The position numbers and the translations under genes are program-made. Source: Octopus sinensis (Eukaryota). From it: a stretch of DNA of 64,000 nt. Positions 1-12,339 of the stretch are shown piece by piece. Each line of letters begins with the position of its first letter. The first letter of the stretch is position 1. Under the pieces are notes generated by a model, which saw nothing but the letters and a program-made list of their open reading frames with translations, was not told where the DNA came from and did not search any database. Location of the stretch: the NCBI RefSeq assembly GCF_006345805.1, contig NC_042999.1, forward strand, positions 165,726,001-165,790,000, read 5' to 3'.

Positions 1-15
1 GTTACATGAAAGAAC

Positions 16-666
16 ATGAGCAACGAGAGAGAGAGAGAGGACTCCCTCCTTCACTGTTCCCTCTCTCTCTATCTCTCTCATTCTTCCTCCTTGACTCTCT
101 CGTTGCTCATATATATGCATATATGGGTACAGGACTTCAAAAAAATGTAGACAAAATGAGAAACGAGAACAAAAACCACAAAAACATGGGAAATGAACTT
201 TTTTCGAATAACAAAACAAACAGAGAAACGAGACATACAGAACATTCCCTTCATCAGTTGTCCCCTGTTTTATCTACTCCGCATTTTGAAGGTAAGGACA
301 AAATGCAACATCATTAAAACAGTCCTTCCCACAAAGGAAATCAAATTTTGGATTTTTTGCGGAGGGTGAAAGTGGTAACAAAAACAGGACAGTGAGAACA
401 AAACAGTAAAAAACGAACGGTGAGGGTTGTTAAGCCAAGACGATGTGAAGTGGTGAACGATGGAAAAACGAGCTTTGAGAAGAGACAGACAAAAGTATGT
501 TTTGTCTTTAGGAAGGAAGTAGAAGAAAGAAAGATGGATGGTCGTTGGTCACATATGAGCAACAAGAGAGTCAAGGAGGAAGAGTGAGAGAGAGAGAGAG
601 GGAATGGTGAAGGGGAGAGTCCCTCTCTCTCTCACACTCTTCCTCCTTGACTCTCTTGTTGCTCAT
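16..666. repeat. Foldback structure: two hairpin modules in inverted orientation
   Basis: 555-586 and 635-666 form a perfect 32-bp inverted repeat. 16-31 and 95-110 form a perfect 16-bp inverted repeat. Module 16-110 resembles the reverse complement of 555-666. The interior 120-550 resembles 23150-23630 in opposite orientation. Confidence 0.75.
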
Positions 667-712
667 TTTCTTTCCTGCCAATAAACAGGTGAATTAGATG
701 AATGGTTGATTT

Positions 713-890
713 TTTTCTTTTACTTGTTTCAATCATTGGACTGAGGCCATGCTGGAGCACTGCTTTGAAGGATTTAGTCAAACAAATTGACTCCAGTACT
801 TATATTTATAAGTTTTATTCAAATCAGTTACTTTTGGTGAAATTGCTGGATTACAGCAACATAAACAAACCAACACTGATTGTCAGGATG
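713..890 (-). mobile_element. SINE family A, 3' fragment
   Basis: cttttacttgtttcaatcattggactgaggccatgctggagcac is the reverse complement of the family A tail. Confidence 0.75.
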
Positions 891-926
891 TAGGAGGAGG
901 AACGAACACAAGGTCACACATGCACA

Positions 927-1293
927 AGTGTGGCTGTGCGGTAAGAAGCTTGATTCCTAACCATGTGGTCCCAGGGTTTAGTCCCAGTGCATGGCACCTT
1001 GGGCAAGTGTCTTCTACTCTAGCCTTGGGACAACCAAAACCTTGTGAGTGGATTTGGTAGGCAGAAACTGAATTTGTCTGTATTTGTCCCCCACCACTGC
1101 TTGACACCCAGTGTTGGTGTATCTGTATCTCCATAACTTAGCAGTTCAGCAAAAGAGACTGATAGATTAAGTACCAGGTTTAAAAAGAAAAAGAAGTACT
1201 GAAGTTGATTCATTTAGCTAAAAATTCCTCAAGGCAGTGCTCCAGCATGGCTGCAGTCTAGTGGCTGAAACAAGTAAAAGATAAAAGATAAAA
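927..1293 (+). mobile_element. tRNA-derived SINE, family A
   Basis: Head gtggctgtgcggtaagaagcttg, body ggcaccttgggcaagtgtcttc, 3' ctccagcatggctgcagtc..gaaacaag(taaaaga)n. Same family as 54051-54473 and 63035-63414. Confidence 0.85.
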
Positions 1294-3219
1294 GACCCAT
1301 GCACACACCAGAAGAGTTATTTGATATGGCCTTGAAAGAATTTGAGAGAAAATCTTTCAATGGCACACGTGAGTACTTGAAAACATTCTTACTGCTAAAA
1401 CTGTGAGCAATATTTTTTTGATTGTCTGACACTCCTTCAATATAACAATCCCTTTTCAACATGTCAAAATGTAGCTAGTATTATTTTACTAGGAGGCTAC
1501 CAAAGAATATTTTTTCTGGACATCATGACTTTGCACTGGGTTCTTTTTTTATAATGTTGCTTTGAAAAACAGTGTGAGTGTCATTGATAAATGACAAAGC
1601 AAAATCAGGTCAAGTTTTTAGAATTGTATTATAATTGTTTAACATTTTGGCAGAGTGAGCAAGTCAATAATATCGAATCCAATACTTTATTAACTCATCC
1701 TTTATTTTATGAAAGGCAAAGCTGACTTCATGATTTGAACTTAGAACATAAAGAACTAGAAGAAATGCCATTATTTTATTCAATGTGCTAACCAGTCTAC
1801 CAGCTCACTGCCTTTAGAACTGCATATAATATTGTACACAAAGATAGGCCATACACAAATATGTCTTATGATATTGAAATGAAAGACAGGGATGGTCATA
1901 ATTTAGGACATGTTCTACACCCTTGTAAGACATATACATATGTTGCACATGTCAAAGGGAATCAAATGTGAAAACACCAGTAAAAGATATAATTACCAAA
2001 CAATATAAAATGTCTATTACGACTGATTATTTGAAGGCAAAATTCTCTAAGTGGCCTACTTGTGAACAAGAACATTTAGTGAGTCTTCCCACTCTATATC
2101 CTTCTACTTTGACTTAGAACATTTAGAACTTGGTGCAAATTCAAAGTCTATAAATAGGAAGCAGTGATTGTTCAGTGAAGAACCTAAAAGAAAACGTGAT
2201 ATCACTTGTAATTGTTGGAGCCTCAGTAATACTAGAAAAGAATTCAAACATTACAAAACTGGCACTGAGTCAGGGACAGGTTTGAACATAAGTCTAGGTG
2301 ATGCTGTAAAAGAGACCACAGGTTTGAAACATTTCAAATATTTTGTGAAAAACTGTTCCTTATATTTTATGTCTTCAGAGAACTGAAATTAGCTAACTGC
2401 ACGTGCTAAGGCCTATCACTGCTACGTGATGAAAATTGCTCATGTTTCCAGTGTTAAATAGGCTGAAAAGAGCAAGATATGTGTTTGAACTGACCAGATC
2501 AGGTTTCTCACACCTACCCTACAATGTCATTCTAAAAATAATCACATCATTGAAATCTCAAAAAAAGAAAATAGGAGGAGCTGAAAAAGACAATTAAGAT
2601 AATTAGTTTCAATAAACAATTTGTGTTTCTTGATACAGCTGTCTAGCTTTAGCCTTCAAACTGGCCACATGAGGCCCAAAGATTCTACCTGTTTTGTGTT
2701 TGAACTGATCAGATCAAGCTTCTCACACCTATCCGACAATGTCATTCTAAGAATAATCAATCACATCATTGAAATTTCAAAGCTACAAGATTTATGATTA
2801 ATTCAAAACATTATGAATAAATAAGCATTAAAGTTGACAGAGAAAACTGAATGCTAAACGGTAACTTGAGTTGCAGCAGCAAAACTGAATGTTTCATAAA
2901 GCACATGAAGAAGTTAACTGAACTTTCAAGGTCCCAAGATGTCAAATAATCAAGCCAGGAAATTATTATACTCAACAAGAATGATTTAGATAATATCCAA
3001 GAAGATAAATCAAAAGAATGGCAAAGTGCAAACTACACACCAATAACAGTTTTTAAAGGAGTTTCACCCTGTAAACGGGAAATTAAATTTTGTGCTTATT
3101 CCAGTAAAACAGAACTAGCATCGTTCTACGAGTCACATTACTTCAATAAACTTGACATATTTGAACAAAAGTAGTTTTGAACATGACATTCCTCAAAAAA
3201 TAGACTGGCTGTACTTGAC

Positions 3220-3465
3220 TTACTGTGGAAATCAGATATATCCACTCAAAATTTCCTTCGAGATTAAAGTTATTAACAGGGCTCCTCCTCTTCTTCTTCC
3301 TCCTCCAGGTCGCCCTCATCAGCAGTGGCATCCTGATATTGTTGGTACTCTGAGATCAAGTCGTTCATGTTAGATTCGGCTTCTGTGAACTCCATCTCGT
3401 CCATACCCTCGCTTCATCGTTAGGGTAATGAAATTTTGAGTGGATATATCTGATTTCCACAGTAA
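3220..3465. repeat. Perfect 36-bp inverted repeat flanking the tubulin fragment
   Basis: 3220-3255 ttactgtggaaatcagatatatccactcaaaatttc is the exact reverse complement of 3430-3465. Confidence 0.95.
3273..3412 (-). pseudogene. TUBB: Beta-tubulin C-terminal retro-fragment (45 aa + stop)
   Basis: Minus strand reads [45 protein letters not shown], the beta-tubulin C-terminus. No upstream tubulin sequence or splice acceptor. Not present in the ORF track. Confidence 0.93.
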
Positions 3466-3592
3466 AAGGGTTTATATGAAATCCAGGCTACTTAAATTTA
3501 TGACAACTTCCATCCATAAATATAAAAATTTAATTAACCCGATGAAATATTCAGCTGGTTCACATTGTCTCTTTATATTTATAATATAATTA

Positions 3593-3836
3593 GGAAGTGG
3601 TGAGCTCCGAGCTGGCAGAATCGTTAGCATGCTGGGCGAAATGCTTAGTGGCATTTCGTCTAGCGTTATGTTCTGAGTTCAAACTCCGCCAAGGTCAACT
3701 TTGCGTTTTATCCTTTCAGGGTCAATTAAATGAGTACCAGTTACATGCTGGGGTCGATGTAATCGACTTAAACCTTTTGTCTGTCCTTGTTTGTCCCCTC
3801 TATGTTTAGCCCCCTGTGGGCAATGAAGAAATAAAT
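3593..3836 (+). mobile_element. tRNA-derived SINE, family B (Meta-domain-like core)
   Basis: A-box-like gagctggcagaatcgttagc, B-box-like gagttcaaactcc, core ggtcaactttgcgttttatcctttcagggtc..aaatgagtaccag. Same family as 36212-36443 in the opposite orientation. The Meta label is from memory. Confidence 0.8.
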
Positions 3837-5954
3837 ATACCTCTGTGAAGCAAGAAAGCAATCTAGGATTCATTGCTTGAAAATATAACCATAGAAACAG
3901 GCAAACAACTGGCCCCGACAAAGAGGCCAACAACCACTGTGGCCTCTGAATGCTTCTCTCTTATAACATGTTATAATAGCCCCTGTTCCTCTACTCACGA
4001 CCAGCACAGTGGTATATTGATGGTGAGTTGATGGTAATATCAATGGTGTTGATGGCATGTTAACTGTGTGTTAATATCATATTGATTCATTGTATTCATG
4101 CTATGTTAATGGCTTATTGATGCTATTTTGGAAGGTTTTTACATAAATTGATGTACCTTTTCAAATGGATCTTTTCAGAGGCTTCTACCTAAAATTGTTT
4201 CCTCCAGTTATCAACCCTTGCTTTATTACTTGGTGGTGGGTGAGTGTTAGTATTAAATTCTAATCAGTTATGAAATCAAAAGACAGAACCTTAATTATAT
4301 ATACAAAAAAAAAGGATATATTAGTGGACTTTTAGTTTTAAATGTAGAAGACTGTTGCTAAGTGAGAGAGAGGGGGGGAGAGATAGTGAGTAATAAGGTC
4401 TATTCAAATATGTATTGTAGTCAAAAAGCAGATTAAGTGATTAGGTGTTAATGTTCTTCAAATTAAACAGATAAAACAGAATTTGTTACAGAAAGGAAGG
4501 CAGATAGTGGATAGATGAAATGAGCTTATCAGAAGTGAAAAAAAAAGCCTTTTCTTTATTTATCAAGGTGATAATTTTGTAATAATAATAAATAGTAATA
4601 ATGATTTCAAATTTTGGAACAAGGCCAGCAATTTTGGGGGTGGGGAACAGTTGATTGACCCCAATACTCAAGTTGATGAGGACTCAGTTAAAGAGGTAAA
4701 TGTCTGACCTCTAACAATAATAATCATCATCTCATTTATTACATCAAGGTTGATGAACGGGAGATATAATGATTTCTTTATTTTTTTAATGCTGACTAAA
4801 GATCATGTGACTTTTTAAATTTGTAGTAACATAAGTTTGACTTATTCAAATGAGACAAAAGGTTAAGTTAAATACAATATCTTAAGAGACTTTCTTGAGG
4901 AGACAGAAGCTGTCAACTGATCTGACAATAAAATATTACTGGTACAGGATGAGAAGTAGAAACTGTCTGGCCTCATACCGATACTAAGAATGCAATAATT
5001 AGTTCTTACTCATGCATGACTTAAAACAGCATCGAGTAGTGGAGCTTTGGTTTGGGCGTTCCAGGGATTTGAAGGGTATGGAACCACATCTGAGCCACTA
5101 TTGTTCCCAGGTCTACACTGACCAGGAGTAGAATCACCAGTCAGGGTCCTAGCTATGGATTAAATAGTATATAACCACTTGAGCCAGGTACCGTTGAAAT
5201 CATGGGATGCAGCAGGCAAATGTCACTGGATGCTGAGCAAACAAATGGACAACAAACTGACCGCAGCCAGTATCAGCCAGTTCAGCTAGCAACCTACTGC
5301 TTTCATATATATTTGTGTTATGTCCAGATGAGATATTTCAGCTGGTGAAAGACATTTGTGACTAAAACCCAGGTTGGACATGCTTCATCACTCGACCAAG
5401 ACATTTGGCATGGAGTAGTTACACTGGTCCAGGAAAGCCACTGGACCTGGATGGATATACACGAAGAAAGACAGGATATTGTATTCGTTATGTTTTCCCC
5501 ATATGGACTGCCATCTTTACTAATTACATAATTGAACAATTACATACATCAGCTGACATGAGTCAATTGTCTTGTTATAAAAGATAAAGCCAAAGATCCC
5601 TCAAATCTTAAAAAGGGAAGGATACATTAGTGAATGTAGTCATAAATATGCTATGTCTGAATAAATGAGCAAAGATCCTTCACTGGTGCACCTTGAGTCA
5701 GGTCTGATCCAAGGTTACTTAAATAACAACTTTGTTAGAAACAAAGGCTCTTATCCCCCACCACCATTGACACACACACACACACATAAAGGCTAACAAC
5801 TTTTTTTTAAATTGCAAGCTCTCTTTTAATAAAATTATTTTCCTAATTCATTTATGGCCACAGGAAATTAATGAGCAAAAGTGGATCAGTCATCAAAGTA
5901 GATTGAGATTGAATGGCTATATTTATTTGTCCGTCCAATTAAATTAGGCAGTGA

Positions 5955-6062
5955 AAATGCTGATAAGACTGATGAATCTCTATTTGCAAAGTGCAAACAT
6001 CAGGGGGCAGTGGGATTTTGCATAATAATAATTGGAGAATATTTTCATTTGGTGCCTATTGT
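5955..6062 (+). mobile_element. Possible Merlin/IS1595-like transposase relic
   Basis: Broken reading DKTDESLFAKCKHQG..QWDF..FHLVPI resembles Merlin EIDESxFxKRKYxRG..WVFG..FLVPV. Short and frameshifted. Confidence 0.35.
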
Positions 6063-6615
6063 CATGAAATGTAGAATTTACAAGTCAATAGTTTTATACA
6101 TAAACTTAGTTTTGTGATCCATGCAAACATAAATAAGTCGAAAATATAAAAATATGTGTGGACACTTTGTATTATTTCATTGCTATTTGGGAGCATACAA
6201 TATGGACAAAATGCAAATATTTTTGATTACTAATAATATTCATTGTTTATATCATTAAAATAAAATTAATCAAGTAATTAAATAAAAGGGCCGTTCTATT
6301 ATGATCAACAAAATATGTTTTAAAACAGTGGACTGGGATATAAAATCTCCACTAAGTTGTTCTCCCTTCTCAGGGACTGTGTCATAAAACGTATGATGAA
6401 ATATGTTGATATTCAATGATTTATAGGCTTGTTAGGAGCATCAGATGAAAACACCTTGTAATATTTAGTTCTAAGCGCAAACCCACAAAGGACAATTTGC
6501 TTTACAAACTTCAGGTGGTGAAGGGTCAATGAACTAAAGTACCAAGCAAGTACTGGAATGAATTTAATTGATTACACCTAACTGTCAAATTTGTGGCTTG
6601 ATGCTAATGTTAAAA

Positions 6616-6900
6616 AACAACAACACCATGTTTAACATCCGCCTTCCATGGGTGGAATGGTTTCACAAGAGTCAGCCAGGCCAGAGCCTGCACCAGACTT
6701 CTGTGACTGTTTTGGCAGGATTTTTACAGCTGGATGCCCTTCCTAACACCAACCACTTAGTAGAGTGGACTTAGTGCTTTTTACATGGCACAAACAAAGG
6801 CAAGATCAGTTTTAGTAAGGTTTTTACAGCTGAATGCCCTTCTGAACACCAACCACTTTACAGTGAGGACTGGGTGCTTTTAAGTGGCCCTTGCACTGAC
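6616..6900 (-). mobile_element. RTE-LINE 3' UTR/tail fragment
   Basis: tttaacatccgccttccatg..tttacagctggatgcccttcctaacacc is the reverse complement of the RTE 3' end. The acagctg.atgcccttc block is locally duplicated. Confidence 0.75.
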
Positions 6901-8119
6901 AGGGTAACCAAGTACTTGCAAGACAAAGAAAAAAAACTTTCAAGAGAGGAGGATGCATTGGAGGAGGAGATCTTGTGTCAGATGGTGAAAGTTTATAGTG
7001 CGACAGAGACAGAAACAGGTGTCTTACTGTAGAGGAAGTACAAGGATACCCAGTCGGGGGAGAGAGAGAGAGAGAGAGATCAGGAATGAAGAGAGAAACA
7101 GGTGCACTACCGCAAAGGAAATACATGGTTACCCAAGAGAAGAGAGAGAATGGGAGTCAGTAGGATAGAGATGGTGGCAAAATGCCAGTCATACTCACGA
7201 GGGTGGGGATCAGAATATAAATGGGATGGTTGAGTAAAGGAAGGGAGAGATGTAGATGGTGGAAAGTGCCAGGGCATAGCCTTGAGGTCCGAACACCATT
7301 TTATAAATGGCAGAATATTGTGAAGGAAGTGTGATTAAAGGGTGCAGAGCAGGCAGTGAGTGGTGAAAACCTGGGTATATATAGTTAGGGGGCTACCGGA
7401 TAACAATATTAAGAGGAACAGAGCCATGAGGACAGGATGGGAAAGTGAGAGCAAATGCAAAGTGTATGAAGGAGGAAATGTGAGGAAGGGATGTGGAGAT
7501 GTAGATCAGTTTGTTGAGATAGGGTGAGGGAAAAGTTTTCTTGTTACATGTGGGGGGAACACACAGGTTTGGGGCAAGTAGAGAGCAATGAAACAGTTAC
7601 CATTATAAATAAACAATACCACTACAATTAAGCAAAAGGGAATATAACAATATATGTGTTGCTTTGAATTACTATCATACTTCTACCAAAACATCTCAGA
7701 TCTATCATAATTTCAAACTTAAAGGGCACACCAGCACTACACTTCTTGCTTTAAGTTCCTAGATGCTTGGAATTTTTGCAGAAACTGTCATTGTAAGCAG
7801 AGCTGGTACAGAAACAATTGTAACTAATGATTTAAAGATGTGTTAAAGTATTTCTTTGTCTTACTTGGACTATATTATATATTGTGAAATGCTGCCTTCA
7901 GTTAGTGTCTAGTTACTCATTGCTGAATAAAGCTACAAAGAAATAAAGACCAACAAGTCACATGTCAAAGAAGAACAACTTAAAAATATGCATAGTATAG
8001 TAGAACAGGGTAAGACCATTAGTAGGAGAGGTTATGAAGGTAAAGTAGGAAGGTGAAATACTGTAACTTATTAAGACGGTTCCAGAAAGAGAGGGGCTTT
8101 TTTGGTGGGGTAGGATTCT

Positions 8120-8520
8120 TATATTTTATTTCAGATGGATTATGGCCATACTGGAGCACCAACTTGAAGTGTTCGGTCAAACAAACTGACCCCAGTACTT
8201 ATTTTAACAAACTTTTTTTGCCAAACTGGTAAGTTATGGGGACGTAAACAAACCAACAATGGTGGGGAATGAACACAACACAAAGACACACAAACATACC
8301 TATATATTTATGAGTGTACCTACGTACGTACGAACACATGTACGCATGTATATTCGACAGGCTTCATTCAATTTCAGTCTATAAAATCCATTTACAAGAC
8401 TTTGGTCATCCCGGTGCTATAGTAGAAGATACTTGCCCAAGATGTTGCACAGTAGGACTGAACCCAAGACCAACAACTCCAAGACAACACCATTACATCA
8501 TCAAGCAGCAAACTTCTTAA
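8120..8520 (-). mobile_element. SINE family A (degenerate)
   Basis: ggccatactggagcacc..cttgcccaagatgttgcacagtaggactgaaccc matches the family A reverse complement. Confidence 0.75.
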
Positions 8521-9972
8521 CCACTCAGCCAATGTGCCTTGATAAAATTTGAAAAAATATTTTCTTGGTAACCACAGTGACCCTAGACCCAAAAGTGGTG
8601 CCACCCGAGGAGGACCTTCCCCTCTTGCTACGCTAGTGCACAGCAGGTGAGGCATGCTCCTGTACAGAAGTGAGTCTTCTCAACTCTGTTTCCTCACAAC
8701 TTTGTTTAAAATGCACATTTTTAGATGAAATGTCCCCGAGATACATTATCCATTTTCAAAGATGCAGGCTACCATTATCTTGATAGAATTTAAAGAAAAC
8801 AAATCGTAATTTTCACCACTGGAAACGTTATCTCTGAAAATCTTCATTGAAAATATATGCATCACTAACAAAGGCTGTAGTGAGGAGAATACCCTTTTCC
8901 TCTCCGACCCCCCCCCCCCACCTAGGCATGCAACTGTAATCAATACGGTATAAAAAATATCTGTGGAAAATCTCATTGAAAAATATGCATTTTTAAGATA
9001 GTCAAGGAGAAACAAAGTCGGGGGATGGACTCAAGTCACTATGCCTTGACTTTCCTACGAGAGCGGAATAACAGTTCCAGAACAGTGTTTTGATAATGTA
9101 GTGGAGGTATCAGTATAAATTCCAAGATAAGCATGGGTTTAATTTTTCAAAGTATCACCATTACTTTTTCTCTTCCTAAACTGTATGTGTGGGACATATT
9201 CGGAAAATAAGCGGGCTTTTGGAATAGCTGTCCTTTGAAGTCCCCATACCTCAAAGGAAAGGAATACTAACACAAGTCTACCCCTCCCGACCTGTTTTCT
9301 TCATAACTTTCAAAACAATGGATATATTCTAATAAAATTTTCAGTAAATACCTTTCAGATGGTGTAAGTTAAGATTATATTGGAATTTAATGCGAAAAAA
9401 CCGAACTAGTGGGTGCGCACAGACACACATACTGACACTCGGGTATTTTTCATTAGTTTTTTTCTTTGTATTCTTGTGTTTTATATAACACAATACTATA
9501 CTGAAAAAAATTTGCTCCCCAAAGATCCTTTTTTTTTTTATACATTTTTGCCCCATTTCCATATTCTTTTCCTTCCCCACGATGTATGGGATTTCGTGGG
9601 GCAGCTATTCCAAAACTCTATTCTATGAATGTTAAGGAAAGTATTGGATGTAATAATGGCAGTATTATGGTCCCTTTCTTAATCAGGCGAAAGTAAAGAA
9701 TACGTACACCCAGTGCTTGGGGTTAGGGCTTTTGTTACGCTGAAAACGAGTGGTGTACGTGTTCTGGAAAGACCGTATTCTTTACCTCTGCCTTTTAATT
9801 TTAAAATATTTCTTCCCAATTTCCAAAGTTCCACTATCCACGTGTTCCAACCCGACATTTTGGGCTTTCTGCCCCGATCAGAAAGAAGTCAGGGTTAATG
9901 TTTACAACTCGACTCGGATACGATAATCAGAAGAAGAAGAAAATAGTGCAAAAAATGTGTAAGAAACAAATA

Positions 9973-10084
9973 CAAAGGTCCCGACACATGTACGTAACGA
10001 TATGTTTTTACAGTGCACACTGGTTAGCGTTAGGGTTAGCGCTAGGGTTAGTTTTAGGGTTACGTAGCTGCATCGGGACCTGTG
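9973..10084. mobile_element. Small MITE-like palindrome enclosing TTAGGG-like repeats
   Basis: Imperfect ~26-bp inverted repeats caaaggtcccgacacatgtacgtaac / gttacgtagctgcatcgggacctgtg surround gttagc-gttagg-gttagc-gctagg-gttagt-tttagg (6-bp period). Confidence 0.55.
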
Positions 10085-10627
10085 CATTTGAGTAGGACCG
10101 TCAGAGCATCGTGTCATTTATTTATCAGTCATGTGTTTGTGTAATATGAAGACTGAATTCCGACAATCGTGTCGGGGTGTAATCAGATCGGCGATGTGCT
10201 GCTATTCCAACTCGGCAACCGGATCGCAAGACCATATAATAACAGCTCTACACAATCTATCCAAGCTAACTCCAACTGATTAGGGATCTTTTTCTATTGG
10301 CTTTATTGAGAAAATTCTATGGTTTGTAAGATATTTGTTGTTTTTGTTCTTTTTTTCAATTTCTGCAATTTCAACCAATCACTGATGTCTATTGAGGTAA
10401 AATCCATTCTGTGCCGTATGAACTTGTCCCTCGTTTAAGAAACAGATTGGGTTTATTTGTGATGAAAAAGATACCCTTCCCCCCACCCCTAACCCTAAAT
10501 CTAAAATAGATTGAAGTGCAATAGATCGATACTAGGGTCATAATTATGGGTGACAATTTCATATGACACCGTTAGGAAAAAACTGCCGTTCAAACCGAAA
10601 GGATCACACACACATATATATACATAT

Positions 10628-10702
<75 letters not shown>

Positions 10703-11454
10703 CTATAACGAAGTATAAAGAAAGGAATTGTTAGTGTAGATGAACTCTAATTTTTATTTCGAGAAGAGTTTTTCGTTTTTGTCTTGGAATCAGACTCTGA
10801 AACAATTAGTAGAATGTATACCGGTTCTGTACCAACTTGGATTATGAATTAAAGTTCGTCTTCAACTACAATTTTTCCTTTCCTTGTACATCATTTACTA
10901 TTTTTGCAAATGCTGAATACATACTTTTATATATATTCTTTATTTGGACTCTTCCGGCGGACTTGGATGTTTGACATCCCTCTGAAGGATATATATATAT
11001 ATATATAACACACAAAGCACACAAAATTCTATAGACGCACTAATGCACATACATACATACACACATATACATACATACACACACACTTACACACACACAC
11101 ACACACACACACGTGCACACGCATGGACACAGGAATTGAGAGGTTTCGAAGTAGTGAGTTATTTTAATACGGACCAGATGAGGCTATGTGCTAGACAGGA
11201 CATTATGTTTTGCAAAAGATGACAAACTAATGTTGTAAATGATTTCAAGAGATCACCAAAGACGATTGCGTAACTAAAAGAGGAAGTCATTTGGATGATG
11301 AAACTTGGCAAATGCAGCATCCTTCGCGCTGCCCCGCGATGTTCTAGATGGGGAGAATCTCTGATCTCTACGAGTAGAACCGATTTCCTATAATAAATGG
11401 TGCGTTTACTTGTTTATGTTCGTATGCATACATTTTCCAGTTTTCATATAAGTC

Positions 11455-11497
<43 letters not shown>

Positions 11498-11513
11498 TAA
11501 AAAAGAAACTTAC

Positions 11514-11852
11514 GAGTTTGAAAGCTTCGATGGTGTTCTCCGGCGCATCGATGGCCCCACCTCGATGTGCGACTAGAATCGGTTTGGTTAAGCTACGCCC
11601 GTCGCAGTGTTCGTCGGAATTGCAGTTGGTGTTTTCTGGACTGCATTGTTCTTCTTCTAAATCGCTGGTAGGGTTTATTGACCCGAGGACACATGTCACC
11701 CGTTCTTCGGGCAATTGGGGAACATGGTACCACCAGAGAATGGCCCATCCCACCATCAACAGCAACACGAATACATAAACGCCCGCAAAGGCCACACAGA
11801 CAAAGAGCCCGATCCAAAATGTGTAGAAGGTGAACGGACTCCAGAGATACAT
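11514..11852 (-). CDS. GDE1: Glycerophosphodiester phosphodiesterase GDE1-like, first coding exon (113 codons, then phase-0 intron)
   Basis: Translation MYLW..(hydrophobic TM segments)..VPQLPEERVTCVL..PILVAHRGGAIDAPENTIEAFKL has the GDPD catalytic motif AHRGG-x2-APENT and a GDE1-like N-terminus (human MWLW...AHRGGSHDAPENT). Similarity stops exactly at a GTAAGT donor (plus strand acttac, 11508-11513). Later exons were not found in 1-11513. Confidence 0.85.
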
Positions 11853-12339
11853 GCTACTCTCTCTCTCCTCGGCGTCAGAATGAATTCTGTGACAGAAACA
11901 CTCTCACCGCCCCAGCCACAAGGAAATGTCAGCCTGTATTGGTGTCAGTTTGTAACAGTGTCTATGTGTTCGTGCAGATATTGATATCAGTCTGTGTTAC
12001 ATGTGTGTGTGTGTGAGACTATATAAATCTATGAGTATGTATAAAGAGATTGTGTGTGTGTGTCTACAAGAGTACGGAAATACCGGAGTTGTTAGAGGAA
12101 CAAAATTAAATAATAGCTTCTACAAGCAGATATGGCATGAACGCAATAAAATCATGAAAGTTCAATAAGAAGGAAACCTTTGGACTTCTTGCATTGTAGT
12201 GGCAGTTGATGATGTTTAAGAGCAACTAAACACACATATTTATATACATACATACACACACAGACACACACATACACATACATACATATATATATATATA
12301 ACGTATGTATTTATCCTCTTTACTTGATACAGTATTTGT

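Noticed and set aside
244-290. Permuted (type II-like) hammerhead on the minus strand: ccttc-AAAA-tgcggagta..CUGAUGA-agggaat
   Set aside because: GAAA reads AAAA and stem I does not pair. Only the family consensus could rescue it.
10023-10061. Interstitial telomere or chromosome-fusion scar
   Set aside because: Only ~6 degenerate hexamers, enclosed by inverted repeats. A MITE origin is more parsimonious.
1-11513. GDE1 exon 2 and later exons (expected GxxGVExD..HD..DRTT)
   Set aside because: No matching minus-strand exon was found by eye. It probably lies beyond the window start, though a short exon could have been missed. tBLASTn would settle it.
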